A program made the translations under genes and the position numbers. The notes under the pieces were generated by a model. That model was given only the letters and a program-made list of their open reading frames with translations, did not search any database and was not told the origin of the DNA. DNA of 64,000 nucleotides from the human T2T-CHM13v2.0 reference genome, Homo sapiens. The stretch lies in assembly GCF_009914755.1 (NCBI RefSeq), contig NC_060927.1; one strand, given 5' to 3'. Shown here in pieces: positions 28,251 to 40,987 of this stretch. Each line of letters begins with the position of its first letter. The stretch's first letter is position 1.

Positions 28251-28541
28251 ACTTTTTGAGTGTATTAATATTATTTGTAATCTCAATATTTTTGAAAATT
28301 ACTAAAGATAGGCAGTAGGATTCACAGGGCAGAAAAAAATCCAAGCCCTTTACTACTTGTTCTTGTCTCAGTTTTTCAGGTTGATCTTTGCCATATTGCC
28401 TCTCACTGACACTGTACAGACTTCAGGCGTAAGGCACCACTCACATATCCCTGAACGCCTCCTGCTTTTCCCAGCCTCTATGCACATATATATCATGTTG
28501 TTCTGATATATATGTTACTATATCATTTTTTCTTTATAACT

Positions 28542-28627
28542 TTAATTAGCCTCTAGACATAGATAGCAGACTACAAAGCAGCACTTAATTAGCCTCTAGA
28601 CATAGATAGCAGACTATAAAGCAGCAC
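28542..28627. repeat. 43-bp tandem duplication (2 copies, 1 mismatch)
   Basis: ttaattagcctctagacatagatagcagacta(c/t)aaagcagcac at 28542 and 28585. Confidence 0.97.
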
Positions 28628-30976
28628 TAAAGCGATGTGTATTGCATTGAATTGGTCCTCCAAAGATAAGAAAACACAACTTTTTTAAACTCATGTATTG
28701 GTGTCCTAAGTTAAGAGCTGAAAATCCGCATCAACACTTTAACACTTTAACTTTTGCCATAAAAGTAGATCTAAACAATGATCTATATCTGTATTGGTTG
28801 AAAAAAGCTAACAAAATATTAAATAAAAACTTGAGTGCTAGAAATTGATATGATATAGAAACGTTCAGAAAATATACAAAACTTTAATCATGGTTAACAT
28901 ATTTGCATGCAAAACTGATTTCTAAAATTCACACATAAAAATGAACCTTATGTCTTATAGTCACAATGGTCACACTACCCTTGCAGTAGAACAAGATTTG
29001 CTTGTATTTTTTCTTTTATTCAAAGATGCCAGTCAACAATATTCTTTCTTTCTTACATGTTATACATATGGCACAATTTTATTTTCTTGATACTTTTCCC
29101 ATTTGGAATTTAGAAGGAAAGTAAGCTTACATTTGAGTATTCAACTAAATAACCAAATAATTCAACCAAATATCCAACCAAATAACACTTCCTTACTATA
29201 GAAGCCAGAAAGTTAGTCAGAACTTTGGAGTTCTGTGAAGGCTGACAACACATATTATGAATATGTAGTGAGGTAGTTGGTGGCAAGGGTGTGGTTGGAA
29301 GGGCGCTTGGCAAAGAATAAATATACTTGCCTTCTAAACTCAATCATTCGACACCTTAGGGAAAATATCTTCTCTATTGTGAAATGTGGAGTTTGTATAT
29401 ACGACTTCAAAGGTTTGTCCTTCCTGTCTTGGATTCTATGACTCTAGGTCAAGTGGGGAAAATTCTACAAAGCTGAATCCTTAAGCTCTAGTCTCTACCA
29501 TTGTTTGACAGAAAATATAGGAAAATCAATAGATCTAAAATTCCAGTCTGAAAAGCCAAAATTAGTAAAGCTTTGATACTGGTTATTTCTTACGTGTAAT
29601 TGTAGCTTGCATTTCAGTGCATCAGCAGCTTATCCGATATATGGAAGCACAGGGACATAGTAACAGCCTGCGTCATTAACATGGACATACATTCAAGCTA
29701 TGAACATTGTTTTTTTAAGCTTTTATTTCTTTTTAGAACTATGAATAATCAAAAAGAGTGACCTGAATTTTTAAGAGTATCTCTGAGGAAGATAAATGGC
29801 TTTGTTCAAATCCCTTAAAAAGAAAAACAAATTTTACTTTCCCTCAGGTGTGACAGCCTAGTTCTGAAGATTGCTGCAGTCTGGAGTCTAGTATTTGCGA
29901 ACCCAAGAGAGCCAAGAAAGGGTCCTTTACTCAAAGCTGCAAGAAGAAGGAAAATAAAAACCCCAAAGTTAAGTATCACCATCCAGCTGGCACATGTGCT
30001 TAGGCCACAACTGGCTTTGGCAAGTCCTCATCCTCGAGGCCTCCAGTGGCTCTGAAATTCTCACCACAAGAAAATCATGGGTTTTAAGACACAAGAATTA
30101 AAGAACACATTAATGTAATTTTGGTGCAGGAGCATTTAGAGAAATGTGTGTTTGTCTTTGAAGGTTGGCTAACTTTGGAAATTCTTCAGACCTGTAATGG
30201 GGCTATTTGCCTGGGAGTTGGTTCTACTGTTCCTGAAGAGACGGCAATATTAACCATCCCCAAAGTGCAGCATTGAGCCTTTCCCCTTCCCACTACCCCA
30301 TACTCAGAAGGAGCAATCTATGCCCAAATTTCTTTTTAAAATTAGAAGTATCTCTCTGTATATAAACTGATCACCTAGAGTCTTAATCAGAAAATAAAAC
30401 TAGTTCTTAAATTTTCTTGGAGGAATTTTGCTCAAGTGATTGTATTATTTCTGCTTGAATAACTCCTTACAAAGGAAATTCTTAAGCTATTTTTCCAGAT
30501 AATAGAGTCAAAATTAGTTTCTTTCTAATTCTACACATTCATTCTTGTTCTTTCTCTGAGGGGCACAAATAATAATCCATCCTCTTGGTCATAGCCACCC
30601 TCATATTCCATCTTTTTCCTAGACTAAATATTCCAATTTTTTTCACCTGACAAGTACTTCACCATCCTAATCATTCTTTCCTGCATACGTCCAGCTTGAT
30701 TCTCATCTTTTAGGGTACTTGCACTGCAATACTGCTGTAAAATAATGCAGAGTCTTCATGTCCTATAAAGTGGGTTTATTCATAAAGCTTTGGCTCATTT
30801 CTAGGTTTTACAACTAATTTGCAGACAAAGAGAATCAATCTTAATTACCTAGTAGCAATCATGAAAATCTTCTCTCCAGTTGCTATCATATGTAATTACA
30901 TAAATTAGCTGCTAGAAATTTAAAAACTATATTGATTTCTATTTATTGTGTCATGGAATATGTTGAAGAGATAAAC

Positions 30977-31410
30977 TACAGTAAGTGTTCAATTTAAAAT
31001 GTATGCCTTAAACTGTAACTAAGTCCTGACTTGGTATACCTGATTAAATAGCAACTTAGATATCAACTAGTTTCTCCCCATCTGTTTAGAGATGAGGAGT
31101 CAGAGACCCAGAGGAGTAAGTGGCTTGCCCAAGCTATTTTCTCGCTGCCTCAAATTATGAGAAGCATCATTACAGTTCCAGGATCCTTTCCTACAATTCA
31201 AACTTCTTTCTCATAAACATGTCATGGTCAGCCTTGATAAATTGCAATTAGACTCAAATTCCACTTTAGTTTGTTAACTGATTTACCTTATATTCTGTAC
31301 AAAGAATAAAACATCACAAGCCATAAAATACATTTCATTATGTTGTTATTAATAAACATGACAATACTATATAAGCAAAATGTTATAAAATAACATGTAA
31401 AACATTAGTT
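30977..31410 (+). repeat. Left arm of a ~435-bp inverted duplication (host DNA including a MIR fragment)
   Basis: Its reverse complement aligns to 31836-32270 at ~92% identity by hand alignment. Confidence 0.95.
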
Positions 31411-31669
31411 TCTGTGTAAAATCCTATTATTATAAGACATAGCATGTATAGAAAAAATATGTATAGAAAGTGGCAATTTATTTTCATGTCAAGAGATCTG
31501 CCTTTGAAAGGGTCTTAGTTGACTAGTCGTAATATTGAATTATGCTTCTAGATGCTAGTTACCTAGTTTAGTACTAGTTTACTAGGTACTAATTATGTTT
31601 CTCATGGCACACAAGGCACTCTTGTTTAAATTAATTGTGCCGCATATTTGGCAACTGAAAACTTTGTGG

Positions 31670-32648
31670 CTTATACAGACAATGGAATATTATTTAGACT
31701 TTATTTTAAAGAAGATAACTCTGGTATCTGTAATGTGGATGAAAATGGATGAAACTGGAGGACATTGTTCTAAGCAAAATAAGCCAGATGGAGAAAGAGA
31801 AATCCTGCATGATCTCGTGTATATATGTATATATCAAGCTAATGTTTTGTGTCATTTTATAACATTTTGCTTATATAGTATTGTCATGTTTTAATAACAA
31901 CATAATGAAATGTATTTTATGGCTTGTGATGTTCTATTCTTTGTACAGAATATAAGGTAAATCAGTTAACAAACTAAAGTGGGATTTGAGTCTAACTGCA
32001 GTTTATCAAGGCTGACCATGACGTGTTTATGAGAAAGAGGTTTGAATTGCAGGAAAGGATCCCGGACTCGTAGTGATGCTTCTACTAATAATTTGAGGTG
32101 GTGGGAATATAGCTTGGGCAAGCCACTTACTTCTCTGGGTCCCTGACTCCTCGTCTCTAAACAGAGGGGGAGAGACCTGTTGATATCTAAGTTTCTATTT
32201 AATCAGGTATACCAAGTCTGGACTCCGTTAAAGTTTAAGGCATAAATTTTAAATTGAACACTTATTGTGTTCTTCTAAAGAAGTCGAACTCACAGATATG
32301 GAGACTGTAAGGGTGGTTGCCAGAAGTTGGGGCATGAGGACAATGGAGAAATATTTGTCAAGGGGTGCAAACTTTCAGTTATAAGACGAGTAAGTTCTGG
32401 AGACCTAATATACAACATGGTGACTATAGTTAATGATAACATATTGTATACTTGATATTCTCTAAGAAGTTAGATCTTAAGTATTCTCACCAACACACAC
32501 TAAACAAGGGAACTATGCAAGTGGATAATAAGTTAATTACCTAGATTGTGGTAATGATTTCACAATACATATGTATATCAAAACATCACATTCTACACCT
32601 TAAATATATACAGATCTTGTCAACTATGCCTTAATAAATCTGAAAAAG
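31670..32648 (+). mobile_element. L1MA8/9-like 3' end, split in two (31670-31835 and 32274-32648)
   Basis: acaatggaatattat...gaggacattgttctaagcaaaataagccag...ctgcatgatctc resumes as tctaaagaagtcgaactcacaga...gttataagacgagtaagttctggagacctaat...aataaatctgaaaaa. Confidence 0.85.
31836..32270 (-). repeat. Right arm of the ~435-bp inverted duplication
   Basis: For example ttctttgtacagaatataaggtaaatcagttaacaaactaaagtgg is the exact reverse complement of 31261-31306. Confidence 0.95.
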
Positions 32649-32649
32649 C

Positions 32650-33110
32650 AGTGGCTTAAGATAACAATCATCTGTTTCCTCTGTAGGTCAGAAATTTGGC
32701 CAATCACTGAGGATAGCTTGTCACTCCTCATGTGCTGACAGTTCCTCTTTAGTTGTATTCTGCTCAGTTAGAATGTTCAAAATTGCCTCACTCACTTGAA
32801 TGGCCCCTTAACTGAGATGACTTCAGTGGCTGGACGTGGCTGCGAGGAATGGGTCTGTTTCTGTGATGTCAGCAGGACTCCTGTATATATCTGGGGCCTC
32901 AGTTCTTTTCCACATGCCCTGTCTCTCAATGTGTAACCTAGGCATCTTATACTGTGTCTTCATCCCTTCTGAGCAAAGGAAATCCAACAACTCTTACGTA
33001 CTGGGCTCAGAAGTCCCAAAGCATCAACTCTACAATATTGTACTGGTCAAATGAAGTGGAGAGTCCAACACAGATTCAAAGTGTGGGAAATAGCTCAATC
33101 ACCTATATGG
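32650..33110 (-). mobile_element. MLT1-type MaLR LTR remnant
   Basis: gtggcttaagataacaa...tctgtaggtcagaaatttgg...cagaagtcccaaagcatcaactctacaatatt..tggtcaaa...cagattcaa. Confidence 0.65.
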
Positions 33111-33839
33111 AAACTAATATAAGTACACACACATACACATACACACACATACACAAAAGTAGTAAACAAAAATTCAAGACTAGAGTATTGGGTATATAGA
33201 TATCTACTCCTGAAAGAGTGGCTTTACATCAAATTGTCATTTGTCCACATTACTAAAAGTTGTACATTATCTCACTGATGGAAAAATGTAAAATTATAAA
33301 TTACTATTATGAATTCAACTGCTTTTTAAAGTGAATTTGTGTTTTATTAATTTCAATAGGATCGAAGTACATTTATAACTGTAGAATATGTACATGCCAT
33401 CATATTATTTATTCATTCTGTTGGCAATTCTTGGAGTGTATGAGTTCTGGACACCCTTACAATAAGAGTTCAGGTCACCAAGGTTGAAATCTATTAATTC
33501 CAGAGAAATGAAAGTACTAATATTTAATTGTCAATTTACCACATAAAAGCCAAAGGATACCCTATTCAGGACCTTCAGATCAGCAATTTTATTTTTATGA
33601 ATATTTTAAATCTAATTTAATTTAATCATTGGCTTGAATCCATACTATGTGTTTAAGAGAATATTATGATCCTGGAATATCTTTACAAAGTATGGAAAGT
33701 TTTTCCATATAAAACTTCAGTTTTTCTCATTTTGACAAAATTGTATCTCAACCAAATAATATTAATGTTATAGAAGACTTGATGTAAATCTCTCCCTCTC
33801 TCTATCTGCACACACACACACATTCTCACACACATTTTA

Positions 33840-34300
33840 GAATTTGTAAAATTCGACATATTTTATGAGTATTTTACTACATGTTTAAATCATGTTCTAC
33901 TTCATGACTGTCTATAACTGCATCTTATTACATCATGCAACTATATTATAATTTAATTCATATTGAGTATTACATTGTTTCAAATTATTTACTATTTGAA
34001 ATACTATTTTAGTGAATATGCAATTCATAAAGCCTTGTGTGTATTTATGTCACTTCCTTTTTAAACATTTCTGATTGGAGTAAAACCTATCTCAAAAGCT
34101 TTTAACATACATAACTAGATTGCTCTACAAAATGTTAAGTCAATTACGCCTCTATCAACAATGTCTGTCCATATATCTTTAAACCTTGGCCAACACTGAA
34201 TATTGTCATAAGCTGTCTGTCATTATTACTTTGCTAAATAAAAAAAAGTTTCCTATTTTTAAAAAATGTATTTCTTTGGTTACTAATGAGGTTTATTTTC
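33840..34300 (-). mobile_element. Old L1ME-type 3' fragment
   Basis: ttgtttcaaattatttactatt, agattgctctacaaaatg, gccaacactgaatattgtc, gtatttctttggttactaatgaggtt. Confidence 0.6.
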
Positions 34301-34359
34301 TTGCTTTTCCAAGGCATAAAATAAAATATTTTCTAAAAGTTACAGTTTAATCTCATTTG

Positions 34360-34660
34360 TGTATATGCACACATATATGCATATACATGTGTATATAGAT
34401 ACACATATATGCATATACATGTGTATATAGATACACATATATGCATATACATGTGTATATAGGTACACATATGCATATACATGTGTATATAGGTACACAT
34501 ATATGCATATACATGTGTATATAGGTACACATATATGCATATACATGTGTATATAGGTACACATATATGCATATACATGTGTATATGGGTACACATATAT
34601 GCATATACATGTGTATATGGGTACACATATATGCATATACATGTGTATATAGGTACACAA
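34360..34660. repeat. 32-bp purine/pyrimidine-alternating minisatellite, ~9 copies
   Basis: Unit acacatatatgcatatacatgtgtatatRgRt; gcatatacatgtg recurs at 34379, 34411, 34443, 34473, 34505, 34537, 34569, 34601 and 34633. Confidence 0.97.
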
Positions 34661-35188
34661 ATATATGTATTTTATGTGTGTGTGTATTTACACACACATG
34701 TAAAATCAAAATATTAGCAGTAGTTATTTGCCTCCATATTGGTGAATTATGAGTGATATTATTTTTATTCTTTTCTATATATTTTCAAAAATTCTCTGTA
34801 ATTAAGATAAACACATAAGATCATACAATACAATATAGCTGTCTTTAGAGTTTATCCTTTAAAACTATATTACAATAAAATTCTTACAGAACTTTATCAA
34901 AAAAAAATCAGTAGAACAGGACTCAAGTGGGATCTGCCTGTATTCATTATTTGTTGGATTTGATAGGCATTTTACAGTGTGATCTTTGTCAGATAGGAAA
35001 TAGAAGAATAGGCTTTTGTGATCATCACTGAATGCTGCCTCCCTATTTCAATCATGCATACCTGGAATAGAGCATAGCAATAAGAAAGAGCCTGCCAGTC
35101 ATTTCCAAATAAATATGATATGGACCAAGAAGTTCCTTCACCCTAACAATACTTCAGTTCAGATTCTCTTGAGTAATAGTTGTGGTGA

Positions 35189-35579
<391 letters not shown>

Positions 35580-38251
35580 AGTATCTACCTTCTATAATCA
35601 CTTCTGCTACATCGTTTAGCTGCCAGCTTTCCTTGTGACTTGCCACCATTTCTGTTTCTTCCCAGGGATTTTTTTTTTAATCGCAGTCACGATTTAGTTT
35701 TTGAAGCTTTACTTGATTCCCATTCTCCATAGGATATCCTCTTTACTTCCTCTAATTACCTTTAAACTGATCCTCAAAGAATATGGCACTTTTTTGTATT
35801 AGAATAAATATCACATCTGGTATTGGTGTCTATTTCTTATCACCTCTATTACATGGTGAGATTTTAATAATAGTAAGAGTACTGAAGATGTTTTCATCAT
35901 CTCTCTGTGATTCATCATTCCCAAATATGCTTTGCACATAGAGATTACTCAGCACATATTTGGCTGGATGAATAAATAAATGATGTGACTATGTATCAAA
36001 AGTTGACTGGATGATCCACACTAGACAGAATGAGCTTCTTGCTCAATAACAAGTTATTCTTAGTAAGCTTGGATGGCTAGAGGAAGATAATTGATAAAGT
36101 CGGTTTAGGAGCAGCAGTGACAGTGGGTGCTTCTTGATTCAAAAAAGAAAATCATCATTTTGTTTTTCTATGAGTCTTGAAAAAATTGCTTACCCTCTCC
36201 AGAACTCACGGTTTCTGTATCCATAAAAAGAAAGTGATCAACAAGCCAATCTCCATAGCCTCTTGTAGCTGAGAGCATTCTTGAATTTTATTATTAGATT
36301 TCATTCAGTTTTAACCTAAAATGAACCTGAACATCTGGATCATCCCTGGAGCCAACAAGCTTTAGAGTCAAGAGGTAGGAATTAAATTTAAACATGTCCC
36401 CATTGCTGTTTCCTGGATCGTACACTTCAGCCCATGTAAGAATGAAATGCTACTCTACAGCTGTTGAGCTCAAATTAACTTTTTTTGAAATGATCTTACA
36501 TTGATTCTGCTAGTGGATTTCTTTTTTTTAATAATAACCTATTAAATCTAACATTTTATCAGTACTTCTGTTATTTTTTAAACCTATGCTCTAAAAAAGT
36601 GTGCAAAATAAATGTGCATGTTAAATTGATTTTTACTGGAACTCTATTGCCATTTCAAAGATTAAATAAGTGTTATTGCTGGTTAATTGTCAAGGCAAAT
36701 GCTTTTGAGGTTAAATTTTTTTGATAACCAACCTCTCTATGAATTAGTTATATCTGTTGAAACAGAGAGATACATTAAATGTCTTCCCTTAGAGGGATAC
36801 CTAAGAAAAAATATCTTTAGTTATTAGAATATAACTCCTAATTAATAAACTCTTTAAATTTGAGTGATAAAATTTCTGATCTTTTTAAAGTAGAGGAGCT
36901 TGAAACATCTGTTATAACTTTAACCTGATCTTTTCTATGGTACTAAAATAAAAACTTCCAGTTAAAGAGTTCAGGCACTGTCTACAGGATCCTTGCAACT
37001 CATTATTTTTGTGATTCTATTATGAGTAAATAAGAATAAGTTGAAAATGTTTATTAATTTTCTTCACATCTATGTCTTTACATTAGATTACCAAAGTCAT
37101 TTTTTATAACCATTGCATATAATTTTGACTAATAGCACTAGTTTGGGAATAAAAGAGAACATAAAGTTAGGACTCATTTAATGGGCATATCTTACTTTAT
37201 GGATTAAAATAATTATTTAGTGTTTAGAGTCTTCACATTTTGTACTTTAAATCTAATTAAACTGATACTGTTTCTAGGAAGAATATAATATGAATTCAAT
37301 AGTGATTTGTCTTTGTCTCTGACAGCACTGTCTTAAGGAAGATATTTAGCCCTGCAATAGAAATTCTATTGGGTATTTTAAAAATCACTTTGTTTGCTTT
37401 TGCTGATCTCTTGTAACTATCCTCTAAACTTGGTCAGAAGTGGCCCCAATTTTAGCCTCATGCTTTAGACCTGTATCACTTCATGACTGGGTCCCTGACA
37501 AGGTAATGAACTTATATCAAAATATAAATTTATATTCGTTTCTTCAGCAAGTTATCCTAAGGAAAAAAGAAAAATATCAGGTGAAATAAACAAACAGCAT
37601 GCTTAGTGATATACTTTGTTTACATTCTGGTGACACTCCTTATCTCATCATGAACTAGTAGTCAGTAGTTCATGAAGTCCATTGGAGGACCACACTTTGA
37701 GTAGCACTGTTTTAGAGGTTCTCCACTCTGGCTCTCCTCCAGCCATGTCCCCCGCCCTCCACAGGGATAAGAATCTGAAGGACTTAGGAAACATGCCTAA
37801 CCAGAACCACACCCCAACTTCTAGACAATGATGCTGGCACTCAAGATCTTAGAATTTCTTGCCCAAATTACCTGAGCTTATTTGAGCCTTTTCCCCAGTC
37901 CTTCCTTCCAAAGGTGGACCACAGTACTGTGTGACTCTTTGTGGGCATAGAGAGATCTTGGATATGTGAGGCTGGCAAGTCCATATTGGTAAACAGTCTC
38001 TCATGGTCAATGGGAGTTGAGGCAGAAAAAGGAGTTTTCTATTGTTCAGGGGCCAGGGGCTCTTCTTCAGGCATTATCACCTTTCTAGCAATTCGATCAT
38101 TCTAAGCTTGAACTTGGCATTCTAGGTAATTGTAGGAGAACATTTCCCTGTATAGGACATGGACCTTCATTGGTACTTTTGCCCAGGCCCTGCAAATGCT
38201 AAGAAAAGCCTTGTTTTAGTCTACAGGTATCACTTTGAAAAAAACTCAGAG

Positions 38252-38545
38252 GGCCGGGTGCAGTGGGTCATCCCTTTAATCCCAACACTTTGGGAGCCTT
38301 AGGTGGAAGGATTGCTTGAAGCCAGGAGTTTGAGACCAGCCTGGGCAACATAGCAAGACCTCATCTCTACAATAATTTATGAAAATTAGCTGGGCATGGT
38401 GGCACATGGCTGGGGTTTTAGCTACCCAGGAAGCTGAGGCGGGAGGATCCCATAAGCCTGGGAATTGGAGGCTGCGGCGAGCTATGATAGCTCAACTGCA
38501 CTCCAGCCTGGGCAACAAAGTGAAACCTCGTCTCTAAAAAGAAAA
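38252..38545 (+). mobile_element. Alu (AluJ)
   Basis: ggccgggtgcagtgg, ggattgcttgaagccaggagtttgagaccagcctgggcaacatagcaagacc and gagctatgat are J-type diagnostics. Confidence 0.93.
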
Positions 38546-40649
38546 ATAATCAAAGGGATCCTTTTTAACCACGGTACTTTTTAGTATGTTCGACCCTTCT
38601 CTAATTAGTGTTTGCTTGCATTTTTTGAAGTTTTTTAAAATGCAAAGAATTGTATAGTAATGGATTTTTTCTCTGCCTTTACTCTCTGAAAGGAAATTAT
38701 ATTCTTTCCATGCTATTTTACTTATCAGAAATTTCTTTTTCTCTTTCATTCCCTAGTGAGCCAATCAAGTGTATCCTTCAAATAGTTTTCCACCAGTACT
38801 GGCCATCCCCTCACCCTCCTACACCTTTTACTGTTCCAATTTAGCAATAAGATCTCCTGATTCCACAGTCTGCCAGAATTCCCCAGAATGCTGGCTCTTT
38901 TTACAGTTTCTTTCTATGAGTTGAAGGGCACTGTTTAAAGTTATGTTTCTTAATAACTTTCCCAATTCACTATTTTCTTTTTTCCCCTTCATCTCCATCT
39001 TGAGTATGCATATCTTCATGTACTTACATGTGTATCCATTTAGATATCTATGTGTGTGTAATTTATCTTTATGTCTATTCCTTCCCCTTGGTTTTGAGTT
39101 TCTGGCAGGATAGCAACTGTTTCTATTTCTACACAGCACCTAATATAGTGATTGCCGCATGACAGATACTGAATATATGTTATTTAGGTAAATCAAGCAA
39201 AATAATGTTATAGATTATAAGAATATAATTGACAAAAAGAATTAGCTCCCTGAATATTTAAGATTTTAAACCACGTTTCAATGAAAAAGTGGAACATAAA
39301 AAATAAAAGAAGTAAAGCATTTCTTCTATACACCCTATGAAGTTGAATGTTAAAATAAAGATTCAAACAAAAAGCCAACAGAGAAGCAGGACCCTAAAAT
39401 CCTGAAGAGGCATAGAATGGAGACATTATTTTTGATTGACTTTGTCATTGTTTTTGGAAAACTGGTGTCTTCATTTTTAAAGATATTATTTCAAGATCTG
39501 AAGATTTCCTGCCAGTGTTAAATTATCTTTTTTTATACTTACATTTGGCTTCCCATTGGAACCATTCATTTATTCAGTTTCCATAAAACCCCTAATAGCT
39601 ACTTAAAATTTTTCTGTTCTTGGCTCTTCTCAAAATTATAAATACAGGTTTGAAAACTAAACTTGATTTCTGTGCAAGTAATTCCCTTCCCTGTTGCCAT
39701 ACCCTTTAATTGCTAAGGAGCTACAACTATGTCCATCAGTTTTATTTATGATAGTCTCATATCTTACTCACCCTAGGAAATGAAAGACCTAGTATATATC
39801 AGATTATATTGAACCATTACATTATAACTACCTTCTTTCCAAGTTAAGCTAATGCAAATGAGTGAAAGTAAGAGTGAAAAGAGCTTTTGCTCTTAAAATA
39901 GTGAATCACATGAAATTTGCAAATGGCTTTTTTATGCTCGCTGATTTTAGTCTCAGAAAGTTAAATATCCTGTAACTGGAGTGAAAGCAATTCATGAGAA
40001 AATTAAATTTTGTATTTGCCAATAATACCGTAATGCTTAGGTTGTTTTGTTTATTAAACATTATGTGGTCATTCTTGCCAAAGATGTGGGTGTATCTGTT
40101 AGGCATACAATGTTTTAAAAATGTTATATCCACGGTGTTACAATGTTACAATGTTATATCCACAGTATACTTATAATGTTTGTTTTCAAAATTTGACCTA
40201 AAAAGGATATTATATTATCTTTTGTCCTAGACAATGAATATTTGTTCTATTGTATTATATCAATTTAATTTCTAGCTACTACAGTCTAATATCTTGACAA
40301 AAATTGTTAGGAAAACATCTAAAAATCTTTATATATCAGAACAGAAAAAGCTCCCTAGAGGAGGAGAAATTTTTAACTAACTCAATTTTTTTCATACTTG
40401 TATTCTCAGTGTGTTTATAGTAATCAGTAAAAATCTATTGAAGTATGATATTAAGCTCATTGATTTATAATTTTGTTTGCAAAACCGGCCCAGTTATATG
40501 CATAATAAGGTGTCATTATGGTAATTAATAGAAGTATTTAAAATAACAATTATAAATAATTACAGCAAATTTAAAAGCTAACATTTACTTTATGCTTACC
40601 ATATATCATGCCTAGCACACAATACTGTACAAATATTCTTATTTAATAA

Positions 40650-40987
<338 letters not shown>

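Noticed and set aside
34333-34752. Several overlapping ORFs and a regular ~32-bp periodicity resembling a CRISPR array
   Set aside because: Units are contiguous with no unique spacers and no cas genes, in primate DNA. The ORFs are stop-free translations of a minisatellite.
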